Shown in pieces: positions 9,750 to 19,118 of a stretch of DNA of 42,388 nt; within the stretch, counting starts at the first letter, position 1, and each line of letters begins with the position of its first letter. Below the pieces are notes generated by a model. That model ran no database searches. It was given only the letters and a program-made list of their open reading frames with translations, and was not told the origin of the DNA. The stretch lies in the IMG/VR virus record IMGVR_UViG_3300045988_175234; one strand, given 5' to 3'. A program made the position numbers and the translations under genes. The stretch comes from a virus.

Positions 9750-11002
9750 TATATTAAATCCTCTAGTTTAATTTTAACTTTGTTCATAGCACCATCATTA
9801 CGTGAATAATAAACTCTATCGTTGCTTTGCCAGGTAGTTAGTTTGCCGTCATTTACAAAATCTTTTAGAGTTTGTGAAAAGTCTATCGGCTTCATATCTC
9901 GTTGCATAATATACCAAAGTTGTTCGCTAGTAAATGGCTCTGGCGATTTGTTAATAAAGTCTAACAATTTTTGGCGCGCGAAACCTAACGGCGATAACCC
10001 AAATTCGCCTAAAGCGTTTGGCATAGTTTGTTCTGTTAACGACAGGATAGTTTGAGCGTCCTCTACGTCATCTTTAATGATAGTTTGTGAACCGCGTAAT
10101 GCCGCACAAGCCATGGCTAGCTTTATTAAATGAGTATGTCTACGTGTTTTGTAGTAAACAAATCTCGAATCAGTTATGTTAACCTCTTTTTCATAAAGAG
10201 AGTCAAGCAACTGACTGGCATCATTAGTTTCACTAAACTTGCCAATAAAATTCTCGCTAACAAAATCAAAAATCCCTCTTATTTCGTTATAAGTTTCTTC
10301 GTTTAATTGCTTTGGTCTCGCTACCTTTTTTGCTGAGTCTGCATAAACTAATATCACTCTTGATAAAAATCCTTGACCTACAACTTCCATAGGCAATGCA
10401 GTACTTATAGCTACTGGTGTTGTGCCACCCAATAAATTTATTAGCGGTTTTTCTAATACACATTTTGAGTTTTTTAACGTATAGTTATGGTCTTCGCCAT
10501 CCCATGTTTTAGTTAAAAACACTATTAACTCGTAGCTTGACTGTCCTAAAAAACTTGCAAACTCACTAGCATAAACAAACATTGTGTGCCTATCATCACT
10601 ATGAGGCCTGTCTGCTACTGTGATTTCGTTTACGTTTACATCTGGTCCATTGCCAATCAGTAGCTCGTCTAATAAGTCGTCGCCAGCTCCTTCTCCCATC
10701 ATTGCTGAAATTAAACCTTGTCGCTGACCTCCTGTATCATCAGGAGCTATTCTTATTCTTGTATTGTTTTTTATAAACTTTTTTGCGTAGCCCATGGCTG
10801 TTGATTTGCGTACACCTGGGTCGCCTACTAATAGTATATATTGATTAGGAAATATAGTTAAGCATCCTAAATTAAAGTAGCAACGTCTACCTAAATTGGC
10901 TGACATCATTCCCACTAATGACCATATATGGTGCAGCAAAGGTGGTTCAGTATCAGCAACATAGTGCAGATATTTTTTAATAGTTTCATTGTTTATTTTC
11001 AT
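9749..11002 (-). CDS. P-loop NTPase. Putative replication helicase or primase-associated ATPase, D5/VirE-like.
   Basis: Walker A LVGDPGVRKST near the N-terminus. Hydrophobic-DE Walker B-like segments. Sits in the replication module. Confidence 0.4.
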   Translation of the reverse strand: MKINNETIKKYLHYVADTEPPLLHHIWSLVGMMSANLGRRCYFNLGCLTIFPNQYILLVGDPGVRKSTAMGYAKKFIKNNTRIRIAPDDTGGQRQGLISAMMGEGAGDDLLDELLIGNGPDVNVNEITVADRPHSDDRHTMFVYASEFASFLGQSSYELIVFLTKTWDGEDHNYTLKNSKCVLEKPLINLLGGTTPVAISTALPMEVVGQGFLSRVILVYADSAKKVARPKQLNEETYNEIRGIFDFVSENFIGKFSETNDASQLLDSLYEKEVNITDSRFVYYKTRRHTHLIKLAMACAALRGSQTIIKDDVEDAQTILSLTEQTMPNALGEFGLSPLGFARQKLLDFINKSPEPFTSEQLWYIMQRDMKPIDFSQTLKDFVNDGKLTTWQSNDRVYYSRNDGAMNKVKIKLEDLI

Positions 11003-11082
11003 TGCCGACTCAATTACTATTAGTTAAAATTTAAATGAGCAGTTTTAGTTGATGCTCAGCAACATATCATCGCTATTAGCAG

Positions 11083-11313
11083 TTAACCGCCAATAGTTCC
11101 GATAGAGTTAGAAAGCCCGTCAAGCTCATCGCAGATAAGCTTACAAGCCAACGGGTCAGGGTAAGCAAAAGCAGGATTAGCCATTACTTTCTGAGCCGCT
11201 TCGCTAGACGGAGTAAAGAGTTCCTTTACTTTAGCGATGTTAGCTTTAATAGTTTCCGAGGTCGTAGCATTAGCTGTCAATACTGCGAACGGCGGAAATT
11301 TGACTTCACTCAT
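11083..11313 (-). CDS. Hypothetical protein, 76 aa.
   Basis: ORF. Confidence 0.35.
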   Translation of the reverse strand: MSEVKFPPFAVLTANATTSETIKANIAKVKELFTPSSEAAQKVMANPAFAYPDPLACKLICDELDGLSNSIGTIGG

Positions 11314-11358
11314 TTTATACCTCCTTGTTATTGGGCTAAACCAATCTTAGCCCTTTAG

Positions 11359-13884
11359 TTAAATCACCAGTTTCGGCTCATTGAATTTCTCGCGAAAATT
11401 CTTGTTTTCGAAATCTACATAGCTAGCGAGGTTTTTATTTCCGTCACCTTTTTTGTAGCCTAACATAGATTTTGACCAAGTAAATCCAACGTCGGCCTCT
11501 ACTGGAACGTGCATTTCACGATTCTTAATAGTTACGGGCTGTTCCATAATATCTATTAACTCGTCCATTAGTTCCATTTTGTCCACTGGAACTTCACCTA
11601 CTAAAGAGTCGTGAACTTGCAACAGTAGCCGTGCACCGCGTTTATGTAACGATGGTCTTCCATCTCCACGTCCATAATAAAATTGATACATAGCTCTGTT
11701 AATATTTCCACCCGTACCACCTTGACCTTTTAGCGAAGCCATCGTTCTATGAATAGCTTTATCGGCTACGTAATTTCCAAAGAACTTTCTCGTAAAACCA
11801 AAGGCCGTTGTTAACGTACCCCCATTTTCGTAGCATTCTTTAATTAGCCGTTTATCCCATGTTTTCAAGTGTGGATATAGTTCAAAATAAGATTCTTGTA
11901 ATTGCTTACAAACGCCCATCAAAGCTTTATCACTAAGTGTCCACGCGTCACGATAGCCAAGTAGTTCAGCAGCTTTATAAAGCGCGTCCTTACCTAGCTC
12001 AGCACAAATATTTAAAAACATTGTTCTTTCTTGCATATCATAGTTGCATCCATGAACAATCTTTTTAGTACAGCTTCGTGGAGAGTCCTTAGCTTTTTTG
12101 TGCGGGTCATTATATGCATCCTCATAGCTCATCTTAAAAAAGTGGGCTGTATGAATACAGTGGGTATCCCTCGGGTCACAAACTACTTCAATACATTTTT
12201 CATCTTCAGATTCGTAAGCTACAAAATAGTTATCGCTTTGCGAATAGTCTATATCAAATAGAATCATTCCCTCGTCTGCTACCATAGACTCGCGAATCAC
12301 TGGTGCTATGTTTTGCATGTTTCGCCCAATCCAAAATGGCGAATTGCTTGATGACGCGCGACTTGTGTTTGTACCAGCAGCGTTTAGCGAATACAACATT
12401 CTGTTGTTATCTAATTCACAGTTGGCGAAATCAGTTATTAACTTGTTTGGTACAGTAATTTTATGTAGCTGGTCAACAAATCTTTTTACTAGCGGGTGTT
12501 GATATTGAATCTGCCCTAAAGCTATTTTATCTGTTGACTTTGTTTCTTTACCGTGAATTACTGGCGGCTTGCAACCTAGTATCGAATAGAACAAATCTTG
12601 TTTATGTGCTGTAGAGTTCATATTAAAATCTGGACAAGATAGCCAGTATTTTAATCTGCGCAACTCTTTTGATGCTTCTGTAAATTTTTCTTTTACTATT
12701 TTGTTTAGCCTAGACTTCTTGGTTTTAAACCCTCTGTAACCTACTCCTAAATAAAACATCTGTAGCGCAAATTCTGTTGAATAGTTTTTAACTGCCCATG
12801 GTGTTGCCGTCATTAGTCCAACACAATACACAAAGCAACATAAAGTATTATACGTATCTAGCGCATTATATCTCCAATAGCGCTCAATACCAACTATAGT
12901 TGTTGGAATAGTTGATTTACTTTTCTTGCCTTTTTCGTCTTCTTCTCCTCCGGTTATTTCATCTTTCCAGTAGCGATAATGGTCATTAGCAAATGACGTT
13001 ACATATTTCAAGGACTTGGCCAATTCGCAAAATAGCGAATGCCACATATGCATTGTATCCCAGAGATAGTTAGACGTCGGACAACAGTATCTAACTAAAT
13101 AACTACCATCGTATTGACCGTTATGAAATATGAATCGTGTATTTGGATTAGCATTTATTTTTCTAATAGCCAGCCACGCTATAACCTCATCATCTTCATT
13201 ATCCCAATGAGCATTGTTAGGTTTAGTAGGATTGATTAAAGGAATAACAAAGGTGTGCCAGCTACCATCAGGAAAAAATCCAGTATACGAAATACAACTT
13301 ATCATAGAGGGCTTACCAGAAGTTTCAATATCACAAGCTGTAAACAATGCTGTTTGTAGCTGATTAGCAAACTTTTGGCAATCGTCTGTAGTTCTCGCTA
13401 CTGAATATGTAAATTTAGGAAACTTACGTGACTTGTTGTTCAGTAGCCTACAAACTTTTCGTAAGTCCTGACCTAATACCCACTTGCCCTCATTAGTAGT
13501 AAACAATTTTTGTACACTGTCTATTACAAAGAAATTAAATCCTTTATATCTATAACGAGAACCACGAGTTAAGTCTAAAGTCAAATGACCGCTAATCATT
13601 GCATTAGCTGATGAGGATAAAATAATAAAAGTTTTTGTATTATAGTTTTCATAACATTTTTGTAGCAATTGGTCAAACATTGGACGAGCTACTTCATTCG
13701 CTACTAATTGTTTAAGCGTATTACCTTTGGCATTAGTTTTGTTAACTAATAAATCTTTTTTAAATCTATCTAAATTAACGCCAACTAATTCCAAGTTTAA
13801 TTTGCTCATTGCTACTTCTTTCTCGAAGACGCCATACATTTTTAGCGAAGTATCTTTATCATATAATACAACTACTTTATCCAT
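11359..13884 (-). CDS. Family-A DNA polymerase with 3'-5' proofreading exonuclease.
   Basis: Exo I CDIETSG. Exo II FHNGQYDGSYL (compare T7 FHNGHKYD). Exo III YNALD. Pol motif A DIDYSQSD. Motif B RSCTKKIVHGCNYDM. Motif C LLQVHDSLVGEV. Confidence 0.9.
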   Translation of the reverse strand: MDKVVVLYDKDTSLKMYGVFEKEVAMSKLNLELVGVNLDRFKKDLLVNKTNAKGNTLKQLVANEVARPMFDQLLQKCYENYNTKTFIILSSSANAMISGHLTLDLTRGSRYRYKGFNFFVIDSVQKLFTTNEGKWVLGQDLRKVCRLLNNKSRKFPKFTYSVARTTDDCQKFANQLQTALFTACDIETSGKPSMISCISYTGFFPDGSWHTFVIPLINPTKPNNAHWDNEDDEVIAWLAIRKINANPNTRFIFHNGQYDGSYLVRYCCPTSNYLWDTMHMWHSLFCELAKSLKYVTSFANDHYRYWKDEITGGEEDEKGKKSKSTIPTTIVGIERYWRYNALDTYNTLCCFVYCVGLMTATPWAVKNYSTEFALQMFYLGVGYRGFKTKKSRLNKIVKEKFTEASKELRRLKYWLSCPDFNMNSTAHKQDLFYSILGCKPPVIHGKETKSTDKIALGQIQYQHPLVKRFVDQLHKITVPNKLITDFANCELDNNRMLYSLNAAGTNTSRASSSNSPFWIGRNMQNIAPVIRESMVADEGMILFDIDYSQSDNYFVAYESEDEKCIEVVCDPRDTHCIHTAHFFKMSYEDAYNDPHKKAKDSPRSCTKKIVHGCNYDMQERTMFLNICAELGKDALYKAAELLGYRDAWTLSDKALMGVCKQLQESYFELYPHLKTWDKRLIKECYENGGTLTTAFGFTRKFFGNYVADKAIHRTMASLKGQGGTGGNINRAMYQFYYGRGDGRPSLHKRGARLLLQVHDSLVGEVPVDKMELMDELIDIMEQPVTIKNREMHVPVEADVGFTWSKSMLGYKKGDGNKNLASYVDFENKNFREKFNEPKLVI

Positions 13885-13996
13885 CTTTTGTTCTTTCGTT
13901 AATGAGGTTTGGCCAGCTAGAGTCGAACTAGCACAGATATTCAGGAGTTTTGTAATGCGTGAGGTTTATAACATCTATCTGCGTAACCGTACTGGC

Positions 13997-14040
13997 CACA
14001 AAAGTAGCCTAGATAAACTGAACAAACACCTAGGCTACTA
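13997..14040 (-). terminator. Intrinsic terminator downstream of the 194-aa gene.
   Basis: 10-bp perfect stem AGTAGCCTAG / CTAGGCTACT with a 17-nt loop, followed by UUUU on the minus strand. Confidence 0.4.
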
Positions 14041-14087
14041 CTTAATTAGGCTATCGAGTTTTACCTAAATTGAATCTCATATAATAT

Positions 14088-14672
14088 TTAAGCTAATCTT
14101 ACGGATTTCAATTCCAAATTCTCGGCTACTCCGGACTTTTCGCCCTCTGCGTCGTCTTTGGTTTTATACTTTCTGTGAGAGATTTTAGCCGTAAACTCTT
14201 TGCCAGCAATAGCCTGCAACATGGATTTAAAATCGCTAAGCTGTGCTTCGGGAGCAAGCTTCTGAGCTAAGCTTTTAACCTGGCCAACTGCTCTAGCGTA
14301 TTTTTCACCATCGTAGCTAGGCAAAGAAATGTTATGGAAAAAATAGCGGCCGATTACTTTACTTACATCAGCTAAGTTACCGTTTTCGTCCGGTAACATA
14401 TCAACTATTTCTTCTACTTTACACTTAATTGAAAGACTCGGGATTTTAACATCTTCGTTAGTTTCTTTAATCTTACGATTAATTGTCGATACTTTCATAG
14501 AATCAACAGCGAATTTATAAACGCCGGTAGGCAGCAAATCAAAGCCGCCATCATTAGCTTCAATATCGCTAACGTCTACGTCCATAAAATCAGCTAACCC
14601 AATAGAATTTTCTCCATAGTTCATTACTGATTCTTCAACTTCAATTCCCAAATCTTCAAAAACATTACTCAT
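14088..14672 (-). CDS. Acidic hypothetical protein, 194 aa, in a stand-alone transcription unit.
   Basis: Has its own sigma70-like promoter upstream and a hairpin terminator downstream. Acidic N-terminal half. Confidence 0.45.
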   Translation of the reverse strand: MSNVFEDLGIEVEESVMNYGENSIGLADFMDVDVSDIEANDGGFDLLPTGVYKFAVDSMKVSTINRKIKETNEDVKIPSLSIKCKVEEIVDMLPDENGNLADVSKVIGRYFFHNISLPSYDGEKYARAVGQVKSLAQKLAPEAQLSDFKSMLQAIAGKEFTAKISHRKYKTKDDAEGEKSGVAENLELKSVRLA

Positions 14673-14760
14673 ATTAAATTCCTTTCGCTAAATAAATAGT
14701 TTGATTAAAGATTATTCATAATAATAATAATTTATCTCATAACTCATATAACGAGTTTAA

Positions 14761-14789
14761 TATATAGCACAAAACAAACAAGTGTTCAA
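14761..14789 (-). promoter_or_regulatory. Sigma70-like promoter TTGAAC-17-TATATA with extended -10 TGC.
   Basis: Minus-strand read: TTGAACacttgtttgttttgTGCTATATAT. The same TGCTATATA core occurs at the early promoter near 26434. Confidence 0.45.
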
Positions 14790-14822
14790 TAATAAAATAA
14801 CCTCGCTATTAAAATAAATGAG

Positions 14823-15824
14823 TTATTTTTTAAAAAATTGCGGCGCAGGCTTGATAATATTGCTATTACCAGTTTCTTTTGTAGAATTGTTAGCGTTATT
14901 ATTATTTGTAGCGCTGCACATTTCTGTCCACAATTTATTAAATTCTTCCGTAGACATAGTAGCTGGAATGTCAATCCATGCTTTTAGTTTGTTAGCTTTG
15001 TTGACACCCGCAGCGGTAACTATTTTCTCAAAAGTTAAATCGTCAAAAGCCCATTCTTTTGGTTCTACATATCGACTACCACAATCAAGCTCATCAGACG
15101 TTTTAGTTGAAATCTTAGTTCCGGTACCTTGTTTATAAAAATATAACATATCTGAAAAAGATTTATTAAGTGTTTCGCCATGTGGATTGCTTACGCTAAG
15201 AGGCTGAGTTCTAGTACTTACTATTACCTCTTTTCCAAATTTGTCTTTTCGCTTTTTCTCGTATGTTTTAACGTGTCCAATTACTACTACTGTACACTTC
15301 AAAGTCATCAGGCAAGTTATAAATCCAGTAGCGAGACGCCCCATCCAACCGTATCCATCCCACTCAGTTTTTTCTGCGTCGGTGATGTCGATATTATTTT
15401 CTTTGGAATACTGCAAAGCTAAGCTATTACAAATTTGTGTATAGGAATCCAGAATCAATACATCATTTGGTGTGAATAGTTTAGGATTAACAATTACACA
15501 ATCGTGATTAGCGACACGAGATTTTACTTGGCGCTTATCCTCAACATCCCAAATAAACGGACGATTTCTCATAAGACATCCAGCAAACCATCCCGCTACT
15601 GCTGTATCCACATTGTCACTAATATCTAGATACTTCATTCTTTCTTGTTGTTCTGGCGTGAGCGTATTAGCTAGCACCGATACGGATTTATCACAGTCTA
15701 CATAAATTGGATTCATGTTAGTAGCCGCTGCTTGGCCAGCCCACGTAGTTTTTCTAGTTTTGCCATATCCGTATGCAAATATTTTTGGAGTAGTTCCTTT
15801 TAATAATGTTTCTTTTACGTTCAT
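14823..15824 (-). CDS. Sak4-like / AAA_24 RecA-fold ATPase, a putative recombination protein.
   Basis: N-terminal deviant P-loop KIFAYGYGKTRKTT. Walker B VLILDS. VVVIGHVKT segment. Confidence 0.4.
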   Translation of the reverse strand: MNVKETLLKGTTPKIFAYGYGKTRKTTWAGQAAATNMNPIYVDCDKSVSVLANTLTPEQQERMKYLDISDNVDTAVAGWFAGCLMRNRPFIWDVEDKRQVKSRVANHDCVIVNPKLFTPNDVLILDSYTQICNSLALQYSKENNIDITDAEKTEWDGYGWMGRLATGFITCLMTLKCTVVVIGHVKTYEKKRKDKFGKEVIVSTRTQPLSVSNPHGETLNKSFSDMLYFYKQGTGTKISTKTSDELDCGSRYVEPKEWAFDDLTFEKIVTAAGVNKANKLKAWIDIPATMSTEEFNKLWTEMCSATNNNNANNSTKETGNSNIIKPAPQFFKK

Positions 15825-16207
15825 TTTGTTGCCTTTCTTAATAAAAAATTTTTAAGTAGTTCTTTTGGCTCAGCTAGTTGCCATTCTGTTGTTAAGTCTA
15901 TTAGCCTGCACATGGTATCAATATGTAGTTCTTTTGAAATTGCTCTGATGTTCCAGCGTTTTTTACAACTTTCGTATAAGATTTCAACTAATGACTTTTT
16001 GTTACGTGAATTTAAATTAGCTAATAAAGTTGCTTGACGAATCTCTGCATCTAGCGCCAACTCGTAAATCATATAAATTTGAAAATAAAATTTTAATGTT
16101 TTAGTTTCTTTATTAAGTTTAAATGTATCAATAAACGAACTACTAAGTAACATTGGTTGTTGAATAATATCTAAAACAACATTAGTTTCTATATCTAAAC
16201 TTGTCAT
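15821..16207 (-). CDS. Hypothetical protein, 128 aa.
   Basis: ORF. Confidence 0.35.
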   Translation of the reverse strand: MTSLDIETNVVLDIIQQPMLLSSSFIDTFKLNKETKTLKFYFQIYMIYELALDAEIRQATLLANLNSRNKKSLVEILYESCKKRWNIRAISKELHIDTMCRLIDLTTEWQLAEPKELLKNFLLRKATK

Positions 16208-16211
16208 TTAT

Positions 16212-17234
16212 TTATCTTTCATTCCATTTTGTTAAATCTTTAAGGTTAAGTTTTATCGTTACTAGCGGCTCAAACGGCCTAATTTCTTCCTGCTCCCCAT
16301 TATAGAATAAACTAAGCATTACTGACTTGTTATCGTGGTTATGACATAAATCATAATACTTACACCTACGAGAGTATTGAACACACGTACTACCACCATT
16401 ACACGGAAAGTGGTTATAGCTAGTATATTTAATTATATTTGATAGCGAGATTTCCATATCACGCGCCCAGTTTCGTAAGTCATTTTCAGTTTTAATAAAC
16501 GAAAACAATCTAGCTTTAGCTTCTGTGTTACTGATGTTTGCTATATAATAACCTACTCGCAAACTATCATTTGGTAGTTGTAGTATTTGATTAACTACTA
16601 GTGAATACGGCACGCATTGCGAAGAGTATTCAAACTTAGCTGACTGGTCTTCAGATTTATCGGTAGTTGTTTTAATGTCTATAACTAAAAATTCATATAA
16701 TTGTTTGTCAAAAACAACTAAATCAATAAAGCCTACATAAGTTATAGGTATTGATTTTTTTGCAACATTTTTTTGTAGCGAAGGTATTTTTAAATCATAT
16801 CCTTCAAATTCGATTTGAAACGGCAGCTCAATACAAGGAACTCTATTTCCGTTTTTATCAATTATGTAGGCTAATTCATACCTATCTACATCAAAATTAT
16901 TAATCATTTCCATTAAAGTATTGTAACAACTTTCTGCTGACCTGTCTTTCATCGAGCTAACACCATGTTCCCATGGATAGGCTAGCATCATTTTCCAAAT
17001 AGCGTGGTCAATATTACGATTAATTAAATAGTCTTGAAAACCCTCATGCAGTGCCGTTCCACATCTAGTAGCTGTTGACTCTTCGTATTTAGGATTGTTG
17101 AATAGCTTACTAAATTCAAACCGTCTAGGACATGAAGCAAATGTTTGTAACGTTGAATGAGATAATCGTAGCTCATCAATAGGATAGCTATAATGATACT
17201 CAGCTACATCATTTGCGCTATTAAAAATCATCAT
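16212..17234 (-). CDS. PD-(D/E)XK nuclease of the Cas4/RecB family, with a predicted 4Fe-4S cluster. Phage exonuclease.
   Basis: N-terminal Cys (SCPRRFEF). GFIDLV … VIDIKT nuclease core. C-terminal C-x6-C-x6-C-x5-C cluster (CNGGSTCVQYSRRCKYYDLC). Confidence 0.55.
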   Translation of the reverse strand: MMIFNSANDVAEYHYSYPIDELRLSHSTLQTFASCPRRFEFSKLFNNPKYEESTATRCGTALHEGFQDYLINRNIDHAIWKMMLAYPWEHGVSSMKDRSAESCYNTLMEMINNFDVDRYELAYIIDKNGNRVPCIELPFQIEFEGYDLKIPSLQKNVAKKSIPITYVGFIDLVVFDKQLYEFLVIDIKTTTDKSEDQSAKFEYSSQCVPYSLVVNQILQLPNDSLRVGYYIANISNTEAKARLFSFIKTENDLRNWARDMEISLSNIIKYTSYNHFPCNGGSTCVQYSRRCKYYDLCHNHDNKSVMLSLFYNGEQEEIRPFEPLVTIKLNLKDLTKWNER

Positions 17235-17246
17235 CGCTACCTCCCA

Positions 17247-17936
17247 CTAAATACCCAAACCCTCAAACAAATCATCAGTCAAAATATCTTTACAGCTTTC
17301 TATTGCTTTTTTCTTAGCTACTTCTGATTTGTTTTTGTTAATTTTCTTAGTAAAAGCAACAGTATTATAGGATTGTCTTAACGCTTTTACCATTATATGA
17401 ATATCACTATCACTAATTCTAGCGGCAGTCTGTGGATATTTTTGTATTTCATTCATAATTAAAGTTAGTTGTGTTTTAACTTCCGCTGCATTATCTATTG
17501 ATTGTTCTAGCTCTATTACTGCTTTATGAATTGCTTTTGTAGCTTCGTCATCAAATTTATCTGGCTGCTCTTCGTCTTGAAATTCCCTAGCCAAAGCATC
17601 TAAATCAACTACCTCATGTAAAGCTTCTTTATACGATGGCTCTGCGTTTGTCATTAAACTAAGCGCTTCATCAGAAATATCAACTACTGATTTTATTGAG
17701 CTATCTATCGGCGTAACTACTGGTTTTACTTTTGGCTTCTGAACTAGATTTGTAATTGACATAATAGGTTTAAGCTTAATTCCACTAATTTCGTTAATAG
17801 ATTTTATAGAACTATCTTCTTCCTTTATTTGGTCTTTTAGTTCGGGTATTTTTCCTAATAGCTGTTCAGTGGCTGACAACGATTCATGGTTTGTAGCTTG
17901 TGTTAATTTAGCTGGCATTTTAAAATTAAAACTCAT
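17247..17936 (-). CDS. Hypothetical acidic protein, 229 aa.
   Basis: ORF. Confidence 0.4.
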   Translation of the reverse strand: MSFNFKMPAKLTQATNHESLSATEQLLGKIPELKDQIKEEDSSIKSINEISGIKLKPIMSITNLVQKPKVKPVVTPIDSSIKSVVDISDEALSLMTNAEPSYKEALHEVVDLDALAREFQDEEQPDKFDDEATKAIHKAVIELEQSIDNAAEVKTQLTLIMNEIQKYPQTAARISDSDIHIMVKALRQSYNTVAFTKKINKNKSEVAKKKAIESCKDILTDDLFEGLGI

Positions 17937-18343
17937 TGTAATAATTCCTCAAGTAGTTTAGTTCCTTCTTCTGTAGCTCTTGATGAGTTGCTACTGGCTT
18001 TAGAAAGTGTAAGCCATATACTTAAAGATGCGTTATCTTCTATAGCGGTTTTATCTATTCTAGCTAACATTACAAATTTTTTATAAGTTACTTTTTGCTG
18101 AGTTAGCCGTGACCTCATTCGTGAAAGTCTCATTCTGGCGGCAGAAAGTATATTCTCTACCTCAGGCAATGACGTATTTTTTACTAAAAATTTTACATCA
18201 ATTTGAGTTTCGTTCCATTGTTTTGTTTTAGTAAGAAACACTGTCAAAAGCATTAGCGGATTTTTGTTTTCTCCTTCTAGAACTACTAAATCCTGGCTAG
18301 CCAATTCACTAACTACTTTTGCTAGTACACTAGTTTGTTTCAT
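17933..18343 (-). CDS. Hypothetical protein, 136 aa.
   Basis: ORF; ATGA overlap with the downstream gene. Confidence 0.4.
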   Translation of the reverse strand: MKQTSVLAKVVSELASQDLVVLEGENKNPLMLLTVFLTKTKQWNETQIDVKFLVKNTSLPEVENILSAARMRLSRMRSRLTQQKVTYKKFVMLARIDKTAIEDNASLSIWLTLSKASSNSSRATEEGTKLLEELLQ

Positions 18344-18349
18344 TTATAA

Positions 18350-18550
18350 TTACTCCGTTTTCTGGCTAATAGTTATTGAAATTATTTTAAGTTTGTTCAT
18401 AGTTAAGTTTGCGTACATTCGCATCAGCGAGTCGAATGATTTTGTGGTCCAAATTATTCGTAACTTGTCCAATGGACGTTCATAGACTACTATAAACTCT
18501 GGTGAGTCAAGAGGTAGTTCGTTGAACGATATTAGTAGATTATTTGTCAT
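18350..18550 (-). CDS. Hypothetical protein, 66 aa.
   Basis: ORF. Confidence 0.3.
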   Translation of the reverse strand: MTNNLLISFNELPLDSPEFIVVYERPLDKLRIIWTTKSFDSLMRMYANLTMNKLKIISITISQKTE

Positions 18551-19034
18551 CTGGTGTACTTTCGATATAAAGTATATGACTAAGATGTAAGTAGTTCAGC
18601 CATTCTTGAACGGCCATATAGTTTCCATAGCTAAGTTGCATTATCGGAAATGTTTTGGTAGTTATATTTTTGTTTTTGGTATAAAGTATCCGTAAGGAAT
18701 TAGTTAAATCTTTTTTATCAACTACCTTGTAATAAATTTTCTTTGGACGAAACCATCTAGGTTTTTCTATTTTAATTAGTACATAATCTTGTAACGAAAA
18801 GAAAGTAGTAAAAGGCTTTACATGGTAAACAATTTCATAATCGCTATCATAGACTATAACCTCTGCTATAGTATTGTTACTTGCTATTGATTTTGCTAAA
18901 TCATCGGCGAATGTTTTTATTTCGGCAATAGAAAGCATTTTTGTAAAGATTACTGCTTTTTGTAATAAAGGTTTATAGCTTATTGTATAAACGTGTTTGG
19001 CGGATAAATCGTAAGATAAAGATTGTTGATTCAT
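18540..19034 (-). CDS. Hypothetical protein, 164 aa.
   Basis: ORF. Confidence 0.4.
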   Translation of the reverse strand: MNQQSLSYDLSAKHVYTISYKPLLQKAVIFTKMLSIAEIKTFADDLAKSIASNNTIAEVIVYDSDYEIVYHVKPFTTFFSLQDYVLIKIEKPRWFRPKKIYYKVVDKKDLTNSLRILYTKNKNITTKTFPIMQLSYGNYMAVQEWLNYLHLSHILYIESTPDDK

Positions 19035-19118
19035 TTTGTTAATCCTTTGTGATTTTTCTGTTATTATGTTAATCCTTTGTTATAAAACAATCAATAATAA
19101 AATTACAAACTACTAAAA

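Noticed and set aside
13911-13997. Possible tRNA gene (GGCCAG…CTGGCC acceptor-like pairing, TTCGACT T-loop-like motif).
   Set aside because: Cloverleaf folding on either strand fails. No D-arm. The T-stem is only 4 bp and overlaps the acceptor strand. The element is 87 nt long with no anticodon arm. Treated as a regulatory inverted repeat instead.
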